Shown here piece by piece: positions 26,861-37,094 of a DNA stretch of 62,058 nucleotides; the stretch's first letter is position 1; every line of letters starts with the position of its first letter. The position numbers were made by a program, and so were the translations under genes. Origin of the DNA: a virus (taxonomy: Duplodnaviria > Caudoviricetes). The notes beneath the pieces are model-generated. The model was not told the origin of the DNA, ran no database searches, and saw only the letters and a program-made list of their open reading frames with translations. Location: IMG/VR virus record IMGVR_UViG_3300025127_000028, positions 1 through 62,058 of that record; one strand, 5' to 3'.

Positions 26861-29800
26861 CTATCGGGCATTACTAAATTTAACAGGTTGGTCAGCAAAG
26901 GCTAAGTAGATAAAAGTTTTGCCTGATGCGTTATAACCACCAGATGTATTTCTATGTTTTACACCGTTCGACAAGAAATCCATAAATGTGCTTGATACAT
27001 CTGCACCATTAGAACTAGCTCTAAGCCTTTGTGTTACTACATTATCAGTGTCACGTGTGCTATCCCATATTTCCCAATGCTCACCTGCGTCAGTTATGTT
27101 TTTTATCATAATCCAAGCTGGCCTGAATCCTGTGTGAATAAATGGCCCGTCCGAATTTCCGTTTCCAACGTAGGAGCCAACTTTTGAGTAGCCTTCGACT
27201 GAGTGAAAACAATATGCTATATGGTCTTTTCCTGATTGATTACTAGCAACACTCGTACCCACAGAAAATACACTTGATGTTGGAGCCGTGTCGTTCCACG
27301 CAGAATTATCATCTGCTGCCGCGTTTGTAGACTCTAAGTGTATATAGTCTGTTTCAGCATCACTAGCAATTCCAGCATGATAAACAAGCCAAAGTCCAGC
27401 ACCATTTTCTCTGTTTTTAACAATTAACATTTCCGGCGCAGAATTTAATCCATGAGCGATAGTGGCATTAGAGCCAGACCCCTCGTAACTAACAATACTG
27501 AAACCAGCCGTTGTGTTTACCCGACCAGAGCTATCAATCGTGCCAACGCTTGTTGCTGAAGCATCGTTGCTGAACGCTGTAGCAGCCAGCCAATGCCACA
27601 TCACATATGTTCTACTAAAAGCATCATTTGTTGTAGATATACCACCTAATAAAGTTATATCATTAGTGCTTTGAGAAACTACGACTGTTGAATCTGTTTC
27701 CGCATCAGTAGTGTTAGATTCTAATTTTCGACCAAATTTTGCACTGCTTGAAGAGTGCAATCTTACAGAGTCAAATAAATTGTGGTCAATTCCCGCAGTT
27801 GTTCTTTCTTTAAACCATAAAAAATCTGCTTGAAAATTTGTGGTTATTGTTTGATTAGAAGCTGAACCAGCGTAAGTAATTGTATCAAAATGCTCAGTGC
27901 CATCAATAATGTCTACATCGGGCAAGTTCTGAGAACAAAGAGCAAGGAACCCACTTGGAGGTGCGTACTGAAATGATCCGTGACCGTTGCCATCAGCGTT
28001 ACTGTTAGCCGTAGCTTTTGCACCAGAAAAAGAACTGTCCTGTCCAAAATTAATTCTTACATCCCCTGATGTGCCAGTATACATTCCAATAAAGGGAACT
28101 ACCCCACCGCCAGTTTGAGTAACCCAATCTGCGTCAAATGTTGCTTGTGGATTTGAACCAGCGGCAGGATTACCACTATTAATATAAGTCCCATTAACTG
28201 AAATAAATGCTTTGCCATTATCAGCATCAATAGCAAACCCAAGAACAGTCTCTGAGGTTTGGGCTGATACCCCAGTCGCATCAGTCGATGTCCAAGCTGG
28301 TGTTCTAAAACTTGTGGCGTTAGTGATGTACAAAAATTTATCACTGGAACCTGTTGCACCAGAGTTGGCAAAACTATCTTTTACTCGTGCTAACCCTGCT
28401 TCTGGATTACTACCAGCAGTGTAGTATACTTCATAATACCATTTTCCAGAGGACATCGCCATATTACCAATAGCGGCTCTGTCATTAGATGTCTGTGTAA
28501 ATTTAGTATTTCCTTCTGACAGTACGACGGCTGCGGGTGAATTTAGTGGGTTAAAAGTAGCAAAATTATTCGTGGGAACATCAGGCACACTATCCCGATA
28601 GTCTAGGTTCACAGGTGCAAAGTGATTGCCGTTGCTTGTTACATCTTTAAAAAACGCAGCGTCCCGTGTATCGGCAAACGCCATGTATAATACAGTTGTG
28701 CCATTATCTGAATAGTAACCATTATCGTTAAAGGTGTTACCGCTGAACACCATGTTTGCGTTGGTAGTTTCTGTGCCATTAGCAATATTTGGAGAAACAG
28801 ATTGCAGTCCAGTATTGGCTGGCTGGCGAGTGTTATCAAAAAGCCCCCAAGAACTAGAGTTAGTTCGTTTTAGCAAAACAAAAGCTGGCTCAAACCCTAC
28901 ATCAATGGCTTGTGAACCACCATTTCCTGTGAAGCTGCCAAATTTAGAATAGCCAGATACTTCTGACCAAACATATGCCACATAATCGTCTCCACTAGCA
29001 TTTACATCATTAACTGTTGCTACTGTAAAAACAGTTGATGTTGGCTCTGTATCATTAAAAACATTTGAATTGGTCTGTTCACCTACATTAGAGTTTAATC
29101 GAACATATTTAGTCGCACCAAGTGAAGTATGATAAACATTAAACCAAGTTGCAGTGCTTCTATTTTTTATTATCATCCATTTTGGTGTCGCACCTAAACC
29201 ATGTGCAACAGTTCCTATAGAACCTGTGCCTGTGTAAGTAAGCACACTAAAACCTTTGGATGTATTTGCCGACAACTTAGTTGCTGGTATTGTACCAGCC
29301 AATGCTGACCCAAGATTGCTGCCATCTATTTTAACGGAACCCGCTGTTGGGGTTGCCCCTGCACCAGCACTGTTTGTGGCTGTTGGTTCTCCACCAGCTT
29401 CCCAGCACCATGCAACATGCGGTTCGCCATCTCTGTTAATGTCATTACCACCGCCCATCGTCCAACCATCAGCATCGTGGCTCTGCACACCATAAGTTCC
29501 ACTATCTTGGCCCGGATCAGTTGAGGATGTTTCCAACCATTCTTGATCGCCTCTAGCGTAATCAAAAAATACAAAGTTGGTAGATGCGTTTGTTCGATTG
29601 CCAATCCATATAAGAGCTGGCTCAAAACCCAGACCAGATATGCTTTGACCATCTGCCCCAGAGCCGTTGTTTCCTCTGTATGTAACAGCATTAAACCCCT
29701 CAGAAACAACGTCATCTTTGAAGGTCAGGTGAAAACCGTTGGTTCCAAATGTCAGGCCGCTGGTATCTTTTGGCGTCCAGATGCCATTCTTAGTCTCGCC

Positions 29801-30394
29801 AAAGCTGGCGGGTGTCAGGGCTGTTCCGTCAATCAGGTTTACCTCTGCTATATAACCATCAAAATATTGAGAATCAGTATGGGCGGGTGCGCCTAAACGA
29901 TGCAATACCGCTCCATTAATTTGACCATCGTGATTTTGTGTAGGGTTTGTATCAGTGGAAAAACTAGTTTCTTCAACACCATTAACATATAATCTTAGTC
30001 TATCTCCAGCAGTGCCGGATGTGGTATCTTGTACATAAAGTATATGATACCACGCATTTACATCCCTAAAAACACGATTAGTAACAAGTCGTCCAGTAAT
30101 ACTGTCAGACCCATCGGTAAGAAATATGACATCTAATCGGTCACTATTATCAAACCTAATTGTATGGCTATCATTACCGCCATCACCTTCAGCAGTAAAT
30201 AGATTTTGATAAGAACCTAAAGTACAGCGTTTTACCCACGCACTCCAAGTCAAGGTTTTTCGATTACTATCAGAAGCAGGGGTTCTTTTTAGGTACTGAG
30301 CATCGTCATCATTAAACTTTATCGACTGATCAAGCAGTAGCCTGTAAAAGCCTGTGCTTACTTCACCTGCGCCTTGTCCTTTAATTAAAGACAT
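26861..30394 (-). CDS. Tail fibre/receptor-binding protein with LamG (ConA-like) and SPRY-like domains and internal repeats (1177 aa)
   Basis: TWSAWVKR, WYHI, SGKWYYEV; repeated GFS..YTG.G..HGL..P and GYSK.G. Confidence 0.75.
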   Translation of the reverse strand: MSLIKGQGAGEVSTGFYRLLLDQSIKFNDDDAQYLKRTPASDSNRKTLTWSAWVKRCTLGSYQNLFTAEGDGGNDSHTIRFDNSDRLDVIFLTDGSDSITGRLVTNRVFRDVNAWYHILYVQDTTSGTAGDRLRLYVNGVEETSFSTDTNPTQNHDGQINGAVLHRLGAPAHTDSQYFDGYIAEVNLIDGTALTPASFGETKNGIWTPKDTSGLTFGTNGFHLTFKDDVVSEGFNAVTYRGNNGSGADGQSISGLGFEPALIWIGNRTNASTNFVFFDYARGDQEWLETSSTDPGQDSGTYGVQSHDADGWTMGGGNDINRDGEPHVAWCWEAGGEPTATNSAGAGATPTAGSVKIDGSNLGSALAGTIPATKLSANTSKGFSVLTYTGTGSIGTVAHGLGATPKWMIIKNRSTATWFNVYHTSLGATKYVRLNSNVGEQTNSNVFNDTEPTSTVFTVATVNDVNASGDDYVAYVWSEVSGYSKFGSFTGNGGSQAIDVGFEPAFVLLKRTNSSSWGLFDNTRQPANTGLQSVSPNIANGTETTNANMVFSGNTFNDNGYYSDNGTTVLYMAFADTRDAAFFKDVTSNGNHFAPVNLDYRDSVPDVPTNNFATFNPLNSPAAVVLSEGNTKFTQTSNDRAAIGNMAMSSGKWYYEVYYTAGSNPEAGLARVKDSFANSGATGSSDKFLYITNATSFRTPAWTSTDATGVSAQTSETVLGFAIDADNGKAFISVNGTYINSGNPAAGSNPQATFDADWVTQTGGGVVPFIGMYTGTSGDVRINFGQDSSFSGAKATANSNADGNGHGSFQYAPPSGFLALCSQNLPDVDIIDGTEHFDTITYAGSASNQTITTNFQADFLWFKERTTAGIDHNLFDSVRLHSSSSAKFGRKLESNTTDAETDSTVVVSQSTNDITLLGGISTTNDAFSRTYVMWHWLAATAFSNDASATSVGTIDSSGRVNTTAGFSIVSYEGSGSNATIAHGLNSAPEMLIVKNRENGAGLWLVYHAGIASDAETDYIHLESTNAAADDNSAWNDTAPTSSVFSVGTSVASNQSGKDHIAYCFHSVEGYSKVGSYVGNGNSDGPFIHTGFRPAWIMIKNITDAGEHWEIWDSTRDTDNVVTQRLRASSNGADVSSTFMDFLSNGVKHRNTSGGYNASGKTFIYLAFADQPVKFSNAR

Positions 30395-30403
30395 ATGTAA
30401 TCC

Positions 30404-32827
30404 TTATGTCAAAGCTGCCGAAGCAGATACTAAGATAGTGTTGTTACCAGATGCTGCGCTGCAGTAGTAAGCCAGATGATATGTTCCACTAGCAGATATG
30501 GTAGTCAATACATCTGCGTTTATCGCTACATCAGCGTGGGCCGATATTGTATGGTTGCTACCGTTAATAAACATGATGTTACCACTTTGCCCTGCTGCTG
30601 CATTAGTAAAGGTCAAGGTAAGGTTCCCGGCAGTGGTACATTTAAAGTCGTTGCCTACCGCCAAGTCAAAGCTGCCATCGTTGTCAGTGGTTACATGACC
30701 AACTGCTCTTCCGCTAACTCCCACATCATCATTCATAGTAAATATGGTTGTGCCTGTTGCGATTGAGGCTACGGTCGCATCTGCATCGTTTTTAATCGTA
30801 ACGTCTGTGCTAGAGCCTTGCCCCGTTAGGATAAGTCCTTCAGCAGAAGTGTAGCCTATAGCAGCGTTATCCCCTGCAGCAGTATCTGCACTAGGTTCAA
30901 ACGTGGTTGCAGCCATCATTAAGTTACAAGTCAGGCTTGTATCAGCAGCGTGTGTAAGTGTTACATCACTATCCGCACCAAACTTTAGTACGGCACTATC
31001 TGACAACAACATGACATCATCACCAAACACCGCATCCTTAACAACAGACAAGCCACCATCAGTTTGTAGAGAACCATCAGTTGTGCTTGTTGCCTCAGTC
31101 GTATCGTCTGTCTTTAAGATACCCCCAACGGTGGTTGCTCCTGATATGTCTACTGCACCGTTGATATCAATCAGGGTTGAGTTCAACTCGATTTCATCGT
31201 CAGCGTTTATATCCAAATCACCATCAGCCGGAGAACCAATGTTAATTGCAGAGTCGCGGAACTGAACTACGCTTGCTGCATTGAGTAACAAACCAGTGTC
31301 CGCAACGTGAGTCAGGGTCACATCCTGATCGTTACCAAACTGTATTGTACCACCGTCTGCAAGAAACAGGTCACTGAACTCTGCAGATGCAGTTCCAAGA
31401 GTTGCCCCATCTGCACTGGCAGGAACAATAGACGTACCTACAGTCGCTGTATTTAGGACAGGACTAGTAAGCGTCTTGTTTGTTAGTGTGTCTGTTGATA
31501 TAAGGGAAACAAGAGTGGAGCTACTTCCTGCTGGGAGTAACATAGTGTTTGTTACAGCGGCGGAGTGAGGTTGTGATGCTAGTGTTTGTCCGTGACTGTT
31601 GCTCTCACAATTAAATACTATTCTACCGGAGTTGGTGTTGCCTCGTACTACGACTGTGCCTGTGCCGTTAGGAGCCAGATCAATCGTGGCATTGGATGTG
31701 GTAACAATATCGTTACCATTCATATCGAGATTACCACCAAGCTGCGGAGTGCTATCCTCAACTACGTTAGCTATAGCGCCTGAAGTTGCAAGACCGGCAA
31801 CTATAGTGCTTCTTGCAATCTTTTTTAGTCCGCCACCTGAAGTATCTACTGCAAGAAACACGTCGTCATTTGCTACTGTAGATATCTCTGATAAATCACC
31901 GACAGCTTTTTCTTCATAGCTAGTGCCATCTGCAATAAGTAATTTACTGGCTGTATTATCAGGCATACGTAACTGTCCGCCCAAAGTTACGTTACCTGTA
32001 AGTGTGGATGTGCCTGAAACGTCTAAGTTACCGTTCAAATCAACAGTTGTAGTGGTTATCTCAACTTCAGTGTCTGCATCAATATCAAGCTGCCCATCAG
32101 CGCTAGAATTTATGAATATAGCTGAATCTCTAAATAATATTTTTTTATCAGTAGCAACCAGCATGTCTTCTGCAAGGCCGTCAATGTAAGCCGAGCCATC
32201 AATGTATATGTCTTTCCACTCTTTAGAAGCGCTACCTAGATCATACGCGCCGTCATCGTCTGGAATAATATTGGAATCTACTTCACCACCAAAAACAATA
32301 TTATCAGTGTTTGCATCACCAAGAGTTATTGTGCCGCCGTTGAACGTGGTTGTTCCTGTTACTGTGGCATTACCAGCTACAGTCAGATTGCCACCTATAT
32401 CAAAATTACCTGCAACGCGGTTAACGGCTTCAACTACATTTGTGCCATCGCAATATACAAAACAAGTTTCTCCAGCTGTAATAGCGACACCAGTTCCTGA
32501 TGATGTCTTAACAGTTACAGTCTGTGCTGTGCCATTTTTTACTATGAATGTTTTACTAAGAGTTGGCACAATTACCGTAGCTGCGCCAGACAACGATGTG
32601 CTTGTGTCCGTAAGGTTCAGTATAGCGTTTCTTGATTCCGCTGTTGTACCATTAGCTGTAGATAATGTGGCTGAGTTAGTACTCCAAGTATTAATAGTTG
32701 CGGTGCCAGCTATGGCTTCCTCTACCATCTTGGTAATGTTATCGTTTACAACATTACCCCAACTACCACTCAACTCACCCTGAGTGGGTAATGCTATCTT
32801 TAATAGGGTGCTGTATTGTGTTGCCAT
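30404..32827 (-). CDS. Tail fibre protein (807 aa)
   Basis: T/G/D-rich beta repeats; GELSGSWG N-terminus; TPQLGGNLD; duplicated FRDSAI..ADG.LDI.AD. Confidence 0.7.
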   Translation of the reverse strand: MATQYSTLLKIALPTQGELSGSWGNVVNDNITKMVEEAIAGTATINTWSTNSATLSTANGTTAESRNAILNLTDTSTSLSGAATVIVPTLSKTFIVKNGTAQTVTVKTSSGTGVAITAGETCFVYCDGTNVVEAVNRVAGNFDIGGNLTVAGNATVTGTTTFNGGTITLGDANTDNIVFGGEVDSNIIPDDDGAYDLGSASKEWKDIYIDGSAYIDGLAEDMLVATDKKILFRDSAIFINSSADGQLDIDADTEVEITTTTVDLNGNLDVSGTSTLTGNVTLGGQLRMPDNTASKLLIADGTSYEEKAVGDLSEISTVANDDVFLAVDTSGGGLKKIARSTIVAGLATSGAIANVVEDSTPQLGGNLDMNGNDIVTTSNATIDLAPNGTGTVVVRGNTNSGRIVFNCESNSHGQTLASQPHSAAVTNTMLLPAGSSSTLVSLISTDTLTNKTLTSPVLNTATVGTSIVPASADGATLGTASAEFSDLFLADGGTIQFGNDQDVTLTHVADTGLLLNAASVVQFRDSAINIGSPADGDLDINADDEIELNSTLIDINGAVDISGATTVGGILKTDDTTEATSTTDGSLQTDGGLSVVKDAVFGDDVMLLSDSAVLKFGADSDVTLTHAADTSLTCNLMMAATTFEPSADTAAGDNAAIGYTSAEGLILTGQGSSTDVTIKNDADATVASIATGTTIFTMNDDVGVSGRAVGHVTTDNDGSFDLAVGNDFKCTTAGNLTLTFTNAAAGQSGNIMFINGSNHTISAHADVAINADVLTTISASGTYHLAYYCSAASGNNTILVSASAALT

Positions 32828-32840
32828 CTGTGAGTCCTCA

Positions 32841-33272
32841 CTAATCTATACGAATTAAAGCATTTGTTTTATCTGCTGTTGGAAATTGAATAACAAAATC
32901 TGCAGAACTTGTCTGCTTATCTTCTCCAAAATCAATCACCGCTATCGCGGGGTTACCTGTCGCAGACTTGTAAATCAACGCTCCTCTAGCAGTAATAGAA
33001 GAAGAACTCCAAGTCGTATCAGCAAAGTCCAAGAACACTGTGGTTCCTGACGCTGCGGGATTGGCAGCTATAGTAAGTGTATTACCTCCTGCTGTGTATC
33101 CAGTTCCACTGACCTCATTAGTAGTTGTATACGCAGTGGTAGTAGCATCTAGAGTAGCACTGGATGTATATAAAGCAATCTTAAATGTTTGTGAAGTATT
33201 GCTACTAAAATCCATCTCTCCATCTAAAAGAGCTATTTTAAACGACGTACATAATGTTTGAGTTAAAGCCAT
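32841..33272 (-). CDS. Virion structural protein (143 aa)
   Basis: FKIALYTSSA..NEVSGTGYTAGG motif. Confidence 0.7.
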   Translation of the reverse strand: MALTQTLCTSFKIALLDGEMDFSSNTSQTFKIALYTSSATLDATTTAYTTTNEVSGTGYTAGGNTLTIAANPAASGTTVFLDFADTTWSSSSITARGALIYKSATGNPAIAVIDFGEDKQTSSADFVIQFPTADKTNALIRID

Positions 33273-33281
33273 AACATATCC

Positions 33282-33926
33282 TTAAGCTACCGGCGTACGA
33301 GCTTGCCCAGAACGGTAGTAATCTTGTCGTAATTTACCATCTCCAGTGCGTTGTAGTAATCCAATAGCTTGTAAGTATCGTTTTTCATACATAGCAACCA
33401 TATCAGGCTCACCTTTCATAAACCGAATAGCTTCCATAAGTGTGCCGTTAAGAAGTGCAGTATCAAAGTTATCTCCTAAATATGTACCGCCAGCTGTCAC
33501 TATGGATGTAGGATACTTAGCGTATATATGTTCAATCTCATAATTTTGATCTGGGGTTGGAGCTAACATTAGCTTTACGATAGATCCTCCAGTGCTATGG
33601 TATGCGTAGAACTTAGGTAGTCCATACTTTGCGCTGGTGTTTACAGGGTAAGCGTCACGTAGGAAATTAACGTCTTTATTTAACAAATAGTGGGTAGTGC
33701 TACTACTAATCACAGCTAGGCTGTAGGTATATAAATACCCGTCTGGAGTAGTATACAACTTGTTAGTGGCAGTTAAAGGCCCGCTATCTACATTACGCAT
33801 GGCTGGTAGTTCAACAGAGTTAAATATTAACTGTTCTGCCTGCTGTGCAAATAACTCGTGTTGACCCGACGTAAACGTCTGTTCACAGATATCCTCAACA
33901 TTTGCCTTTAAATTAGTGTAGTTCAT
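33282..33926 (-). CDS. Putative head-tail adaptor (214 aa)
   Basis: G.PKFYA..APTPD..Y motif. Confidence 0.6.
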   Translation of the reverse strand: MNYTNLKANVEDICEQTFTSGQHELFAQQAEQLIFNSVELPAMRNVDSGPLTATNKLYTTPDGYLYTYSLAVISSSTTHYLLNKDVNFLRDAYPVNTSAKYGLPKFYAYHSTGGSIVKLMLAPTPDQNYEIEHIYAKYPTSIVTAGGTYLGDNFDTALLNGTLMEAIRFMKGEPDMVAMYEKRYLQAIGLLQRTGDGKLRQDYYRSGQARTPVA

Positions 33927-33929
33927 AAC

Positions 33930-34151
33930 TTACCCCATAGGACCGCGAGCCATAAGTCCCTTAGTTGCTGCACCTGTACCGCGTATTTTGATGCCGCCTT
34001 TGGCTGCACCTTTGGATTTTACAGAGCCGCCATTGCTGTACTTTTTAGCTAGTGTTGGACTCATCTTTTCTTGCACCGCTTCTGGTAGCATAGAAAAACC
34101 TTTTTTGCTTGGTGGTGTTTTCACTTGCTTACCCATGTTTGATCTGTTCAT
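33930..34151 (-). CDS. Small basic protein (73 aa)
   Basis: GGAGAG RBS; YSNGG and RGTGAATKG motifs. Confidence 0.65.
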   Translation of the reverse strand: MNRSNMGKQVKTPPSKKGFSMLPEAVQEKMSPTLAKKYSNGGSVKSKGAAKGGIKIRGTGAATKGLMARGPMG

Positions 34152-34160
34152 TTTACTCTC

Positions 34161-34487
34161 CTACGAAGTTGTTACTGTGACTGAACCTACAGATGCGGTC
34201 ATTACGAACTGTAATTTATTATCTAACGACCCTGAATATCTAAACGCTCTGCTTTCCTTGTACCCCACAAAATCTGGTCTAGGATCTCTTATTGCTTGTG
34301 GATCATCAACTGGGTGCATACCTAATTGGTTTTGTGGATGATCGTGATCAAAACACTCAAAACATGCCTTTATGTTAGTATCATTACCTCTTCTTATTAT
34401 ATTACGCAACTCACGTAGTTTATAACGAAATCCGCATATATCACATTCAGCTATTGCTCGTTTTGTTGATGCAAACCTATTTGACAT
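34161..34487 (-). CDS. Zn-finger-like protein (108 aa)
   Basis: CDICG..CFEC..DHPQ..DPRPD. Confidence 0.7.
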   Translation of the reverse strand: MSNRFASTKRAIAECDICGFRYKLRELRNIIRRGNDTNIKACFECFDHDHPQNQLGMHPVDDPQAIRDPRPDFVGYKESRAFRYSGSLDNKLQFVMTASVGSVTVTTS

Positions 34488-34489
34488 AA

Positions 34490-35170
34490 TTAAATCCTAG
34501 CAATCCTTGGCACATATCGTTCAGAAGTTTTTTCTCTATCTTCACCTGCAGCTAAATTGTACTGCTCATCATACGCGACCTTTAGCATTTGAGTTCTATC
34601 TGCAAGTTCTGGCACTTTCATAGAGATGTGATATGCCAGCCCTGCTACCAGACACGGTAGGAAACGATATACAACATCTGCTGTCTCTACTCCGTTACCA
34701 GCGTCTTCTATTCTTCTCATTCTAAAATACACAAACGTATAACTAGTGTCGGGAACGGGCCATAGATTTATTCTAGGTGTAGCTAACCGCTCTACAAATA
34801 CCTGTATTGGCCTGCCAGATGTTAACTTGTTAGGGATGGATGCGTAAGTGCTAACACCAATACGACTTATAGTAAGATCAGATTGAGTTGCGGAATTACC
34901 TGCGTTAGTACGGATTACATGGTCAAGAAGGTCTACAGTATCCGCAGGTAGACTATATTGCGCTGTGCCTTCAGTAATAGAGATCGTACCGCTATCAATA
35001 GTCCACATGTTGATGCCACGATTCTGCCACTCGATAGTCATCAAATTCATGGATCTACGGGCAGTACGAAGGTCGTAGCCTGACCGCATCTCACGTCCAG
35101 CACGCTCCCACGCTTCTTCAGCGATTTCAGTGAAATCCATATCAAATGCGGTAGTGCCTGACGTAGCCAT
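34490..35170 (-). CDS. Putative head-tail connector/tail tubular protein (226 aa)
   Basis: MATSGT, ARRSMNL..W.NRG and LWPVPD motifs. Confidence 0.65.
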   Translation of the reverse strand: MATSGTTAFDMDFTEIAEEAWERAGREMRSGYDLRTARRSMNLMTIEWQNRGINMWTIDSGTISITEGTAQYSLPADTVDLLDHVIRTNAGNSATQSDLTISRIGVSTYASIPNKLTSGRPIQVFVERLATPRINLWPVPDTSYTFVYFRMRRIEDAGNGVETADVVYRFLPCLVAGLAYHISMKVPELADRTQMLKVAYDEQYNLAAGEDREKTSERYVPRIARI

Positions 35171-35452
35171 TTATTTCTTCCTCTTCCGGCGAGCTGCTTC
35201 TACTCTCCTTGGCTTTCCTGCTGGTTGCCCAAGTCTTTTCTTTTGGTTAATACGTTTTCTTTTCTCAGAGGCCGACATTTCTCCTGAAGTTTTAGGGGTT
35301 TTGGAAGAAACACGTTTGGAAGGACGGCAATAAGGAGTTCCGCGTTTTTCACCCTTTTGTCTGCCACATGCCTTGCCAGTGCGTACATCTTTCCAATCCT
35401 CTTTAAACCAGCGTTTTAACGCCAATCCTTTTTTGGTTTTACGTACAGCCAT
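35171..35452 (-). CDS. Small basic protein (93 aa)
   Basis: LKRWFKEDW..CGR..PYCRP; K/R-rich. Confidence 0.75.
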   Translation of the reverse strand: MAVRKTKKGLALKRWFKEDWKDVRTGKACGRQKGEKRGTPYCRPSKRVSSKTPKTSGEMSASEKRKRINQKKRLGQPAGKPRRVEAARRKRKK

Positions 35453-35458
35453 GATGCC

Positions 35459-35722
35459 TCACACATACTTCGTAACTTTACGACGGTTAACTATACCACA
35501 ACCTCTAGCTATATTGCCGTTACTAGCAGGTCTCTTTCTCTTACGTCTAGCAAGACCCCCACCATTAAGCTGTACAACACCTCCAGCGGCTTTCTTTTTA
35601 CTTTTGTTACCGTAATTAGCAGCACCAACCTTTCGGCATTTAGCAATGGCTCCTGAAGCATACGCTGATGGAAAAACTTTATAACGAGCCTTAACCTTAT
35701 GATAACAAGCGTCTTTAGGCAT
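35459..35722 (-). CDS. Small basic protein (87 aa)
   Basis: DACYHKVKARYKVFPSAYASGA. Confidence 0.75.
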   Translation of the reverse strand: MPKDACYHKVKARYKVFPSAYASGAIAKCRKVGAANYGNKSKKKAAGGVVQLNGGGLARRKRKRPASNGNIARGCGIVNRRKVTKYV

Positions 35723-36014
35723 TTTTTCTAGCCCTCCTTATGCTTTCTTTTCCTCGTCGAAAAATATTTGCAACTTCGGTTTTACCCATAACCTTGGCTC
35801 TTTGCTCACCCACTGTAAGTATCTGTATTTTTCTAGCAAAAGGTTTATTTACCTTCTTTACCTTTGCTACTGTAGCTCTAGCATCAGAAGGAGTGGCGAA
35901 CTTTATACCTACAGTATCTTTAGGATTCTCGTCAGTATAAAGTCTACGACCACTACCTTTTGGCTTTTTTCCAGTACCAACTTTTGGGTCTTTACGTTTT
36001 GTCACTATCTTCAC
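35715..36014 (-). CDS. Small basic protein (99 aa)
   Basis: GTGKKPKGSGRRLYTDENPKDTV. Confidence 0.75.
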   Translation of the reverse strand: MKIVTKRKDPKVGTGKKPKGSGRRLYTDENPKDTVGIKFATPSDARATVAKVKKVNKPFARKIQILTVGEQRAKVMGKTEVANIFRRGKESIRRARKNA

Positions 36015-36418
36015 GAACCCTTCATAGTAACCATTTTACCGGAACGAAAACCTCTAACTGCTATACCGTTACCACGAAGTTTACCGCCTCTGGACATACC
36101 TTTTTTCTTCATGGCTCCACCCATGGCGTAGCCCTTTTTCATCATGCCACCTCTGGCCATACCTTTTTTAGCCATACCACCTTTGGCCATGCCTTTTTTC
36201 TTCATCATACCACCAGCAGCCATGCCTTTTTTCTTCATAGCTCCGCCCATCTTATAACCTTTTTTCTTCATCATACCGCCAGCTTTTTTACCATTCTTCT
36301 TCATCATACCTTTAACTGGACCGACAGGAATATCTAAAACGCCTCCTTTCTCTTTTGGCTTTTTACCTTTCATAAGGTCTTTAAGGGCTGCTAGTCTTTT
36401 ATCTTTCATACTACTCAT
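36011..36418 (-). CDS. Lys/Met/Gly-rich tandem-repeat basic protein (about 132-135 aa)
   Basis: About seven KKKG[MY]xxGGxM units; start at 36418 or 36409. Confidence 0.75.
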   Translation of the reverse strand: MSSMKDKRLAALKDLMKGKKPKEKGGVLDIPVGPVKGMMKKNGKKAGGMMKKKGYKMGGAMKKKGMAAGGMMKKKGMAKGGMAKKGMARGGMMKKGYAMGGAMKKKGMSRGGKLRGNGIAVRGFRSGKMVTMKGS

Positions 36419-37094
36419 CAGATTCGTCCTTATACAAATTGTTGAACACTCGGTTAGTATCCCACACATAATCCACATCTTCTTTTGAATTGTAGATATG
36501 TTGGTTTGGTTTGAAGTCTGGAGCGCCTTCGCCCGTCTCAAACCACGCAGGATGCGTAACCCGCACCCGATTATTAGGTAACGCTACCATATTACCTGTA
36601 AACTCGCCAGCATCTAACAATTCAAGCACATGGCTTTGTTTGTGTTGTGCTGGATCATCTGCGACCTCGCTGTCTGTGTAATCTACAGTAAAGTAATATT
36701 TAGCAGGGTAGAACTCACCGTCTACTTTTGCCATCCAAGGCGCTGGTGATGCTCTTTCAATCTTATATACGGAATGATAATGGGACATACAGTCCCAAGG
36801 TTGCGCTATATAAGGCGGTAACTCTGTGGGCCATTCTTCGTATGGCACATCAGCTACAAGGGCTGTGAGCGGCATCCTAGCCCACATAGCACCACCATGC
36901 ACGTTAGGCTCATCGGTATCATCCGACTCACACCCTGTGAAGATAACTTGAAAACTAAGAGTGCGGTTAGGCATGGTAGTTACAGCAACGACCATGGCAT
37001 GAAGGAAATCGCCATGATACTCCATTAAGTTCTTAGTATATTCTCTACGAACCCAAGCTTTGAAGTATGGTATATTGGACTGTAAATATGGCAT
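36411..37094 (-). CDS. Conserved phage hypothetical protein (227 aa)
   Basis: Long ORF coupled to its neighbours; HGGAMWARMP, QPWDC and ALPNNR motifs. Confidence 0.8.
   Translation of the reverse strand: MPYLQSNIPYFKAWVRREYTKNLMEYHGDFLHAMVVAVTTMPNRTLSFQVIFTGCESDDTDEPNVHGGAMWARMPLTALVADVPYEEWPTELPPYIAQPWDCMSHYHSVYKIERASPAPWMAKVDGEFYPAKYYFTVDYTDSEVADDPAQHKQSHVLELLDAGEFTGNMVALPNNRVRVTHPAWFETGEGAPDFKPNQHIYNSKEDVDYVWDTNRVFNNLYKDESDE

Noticed and set aside
26861-32827. Diversity-generating retroelement or invertible fibre cassette
   Set aside because: No reverse transcriptase or invertase; the fibre repeats are diverged protein-level repeats
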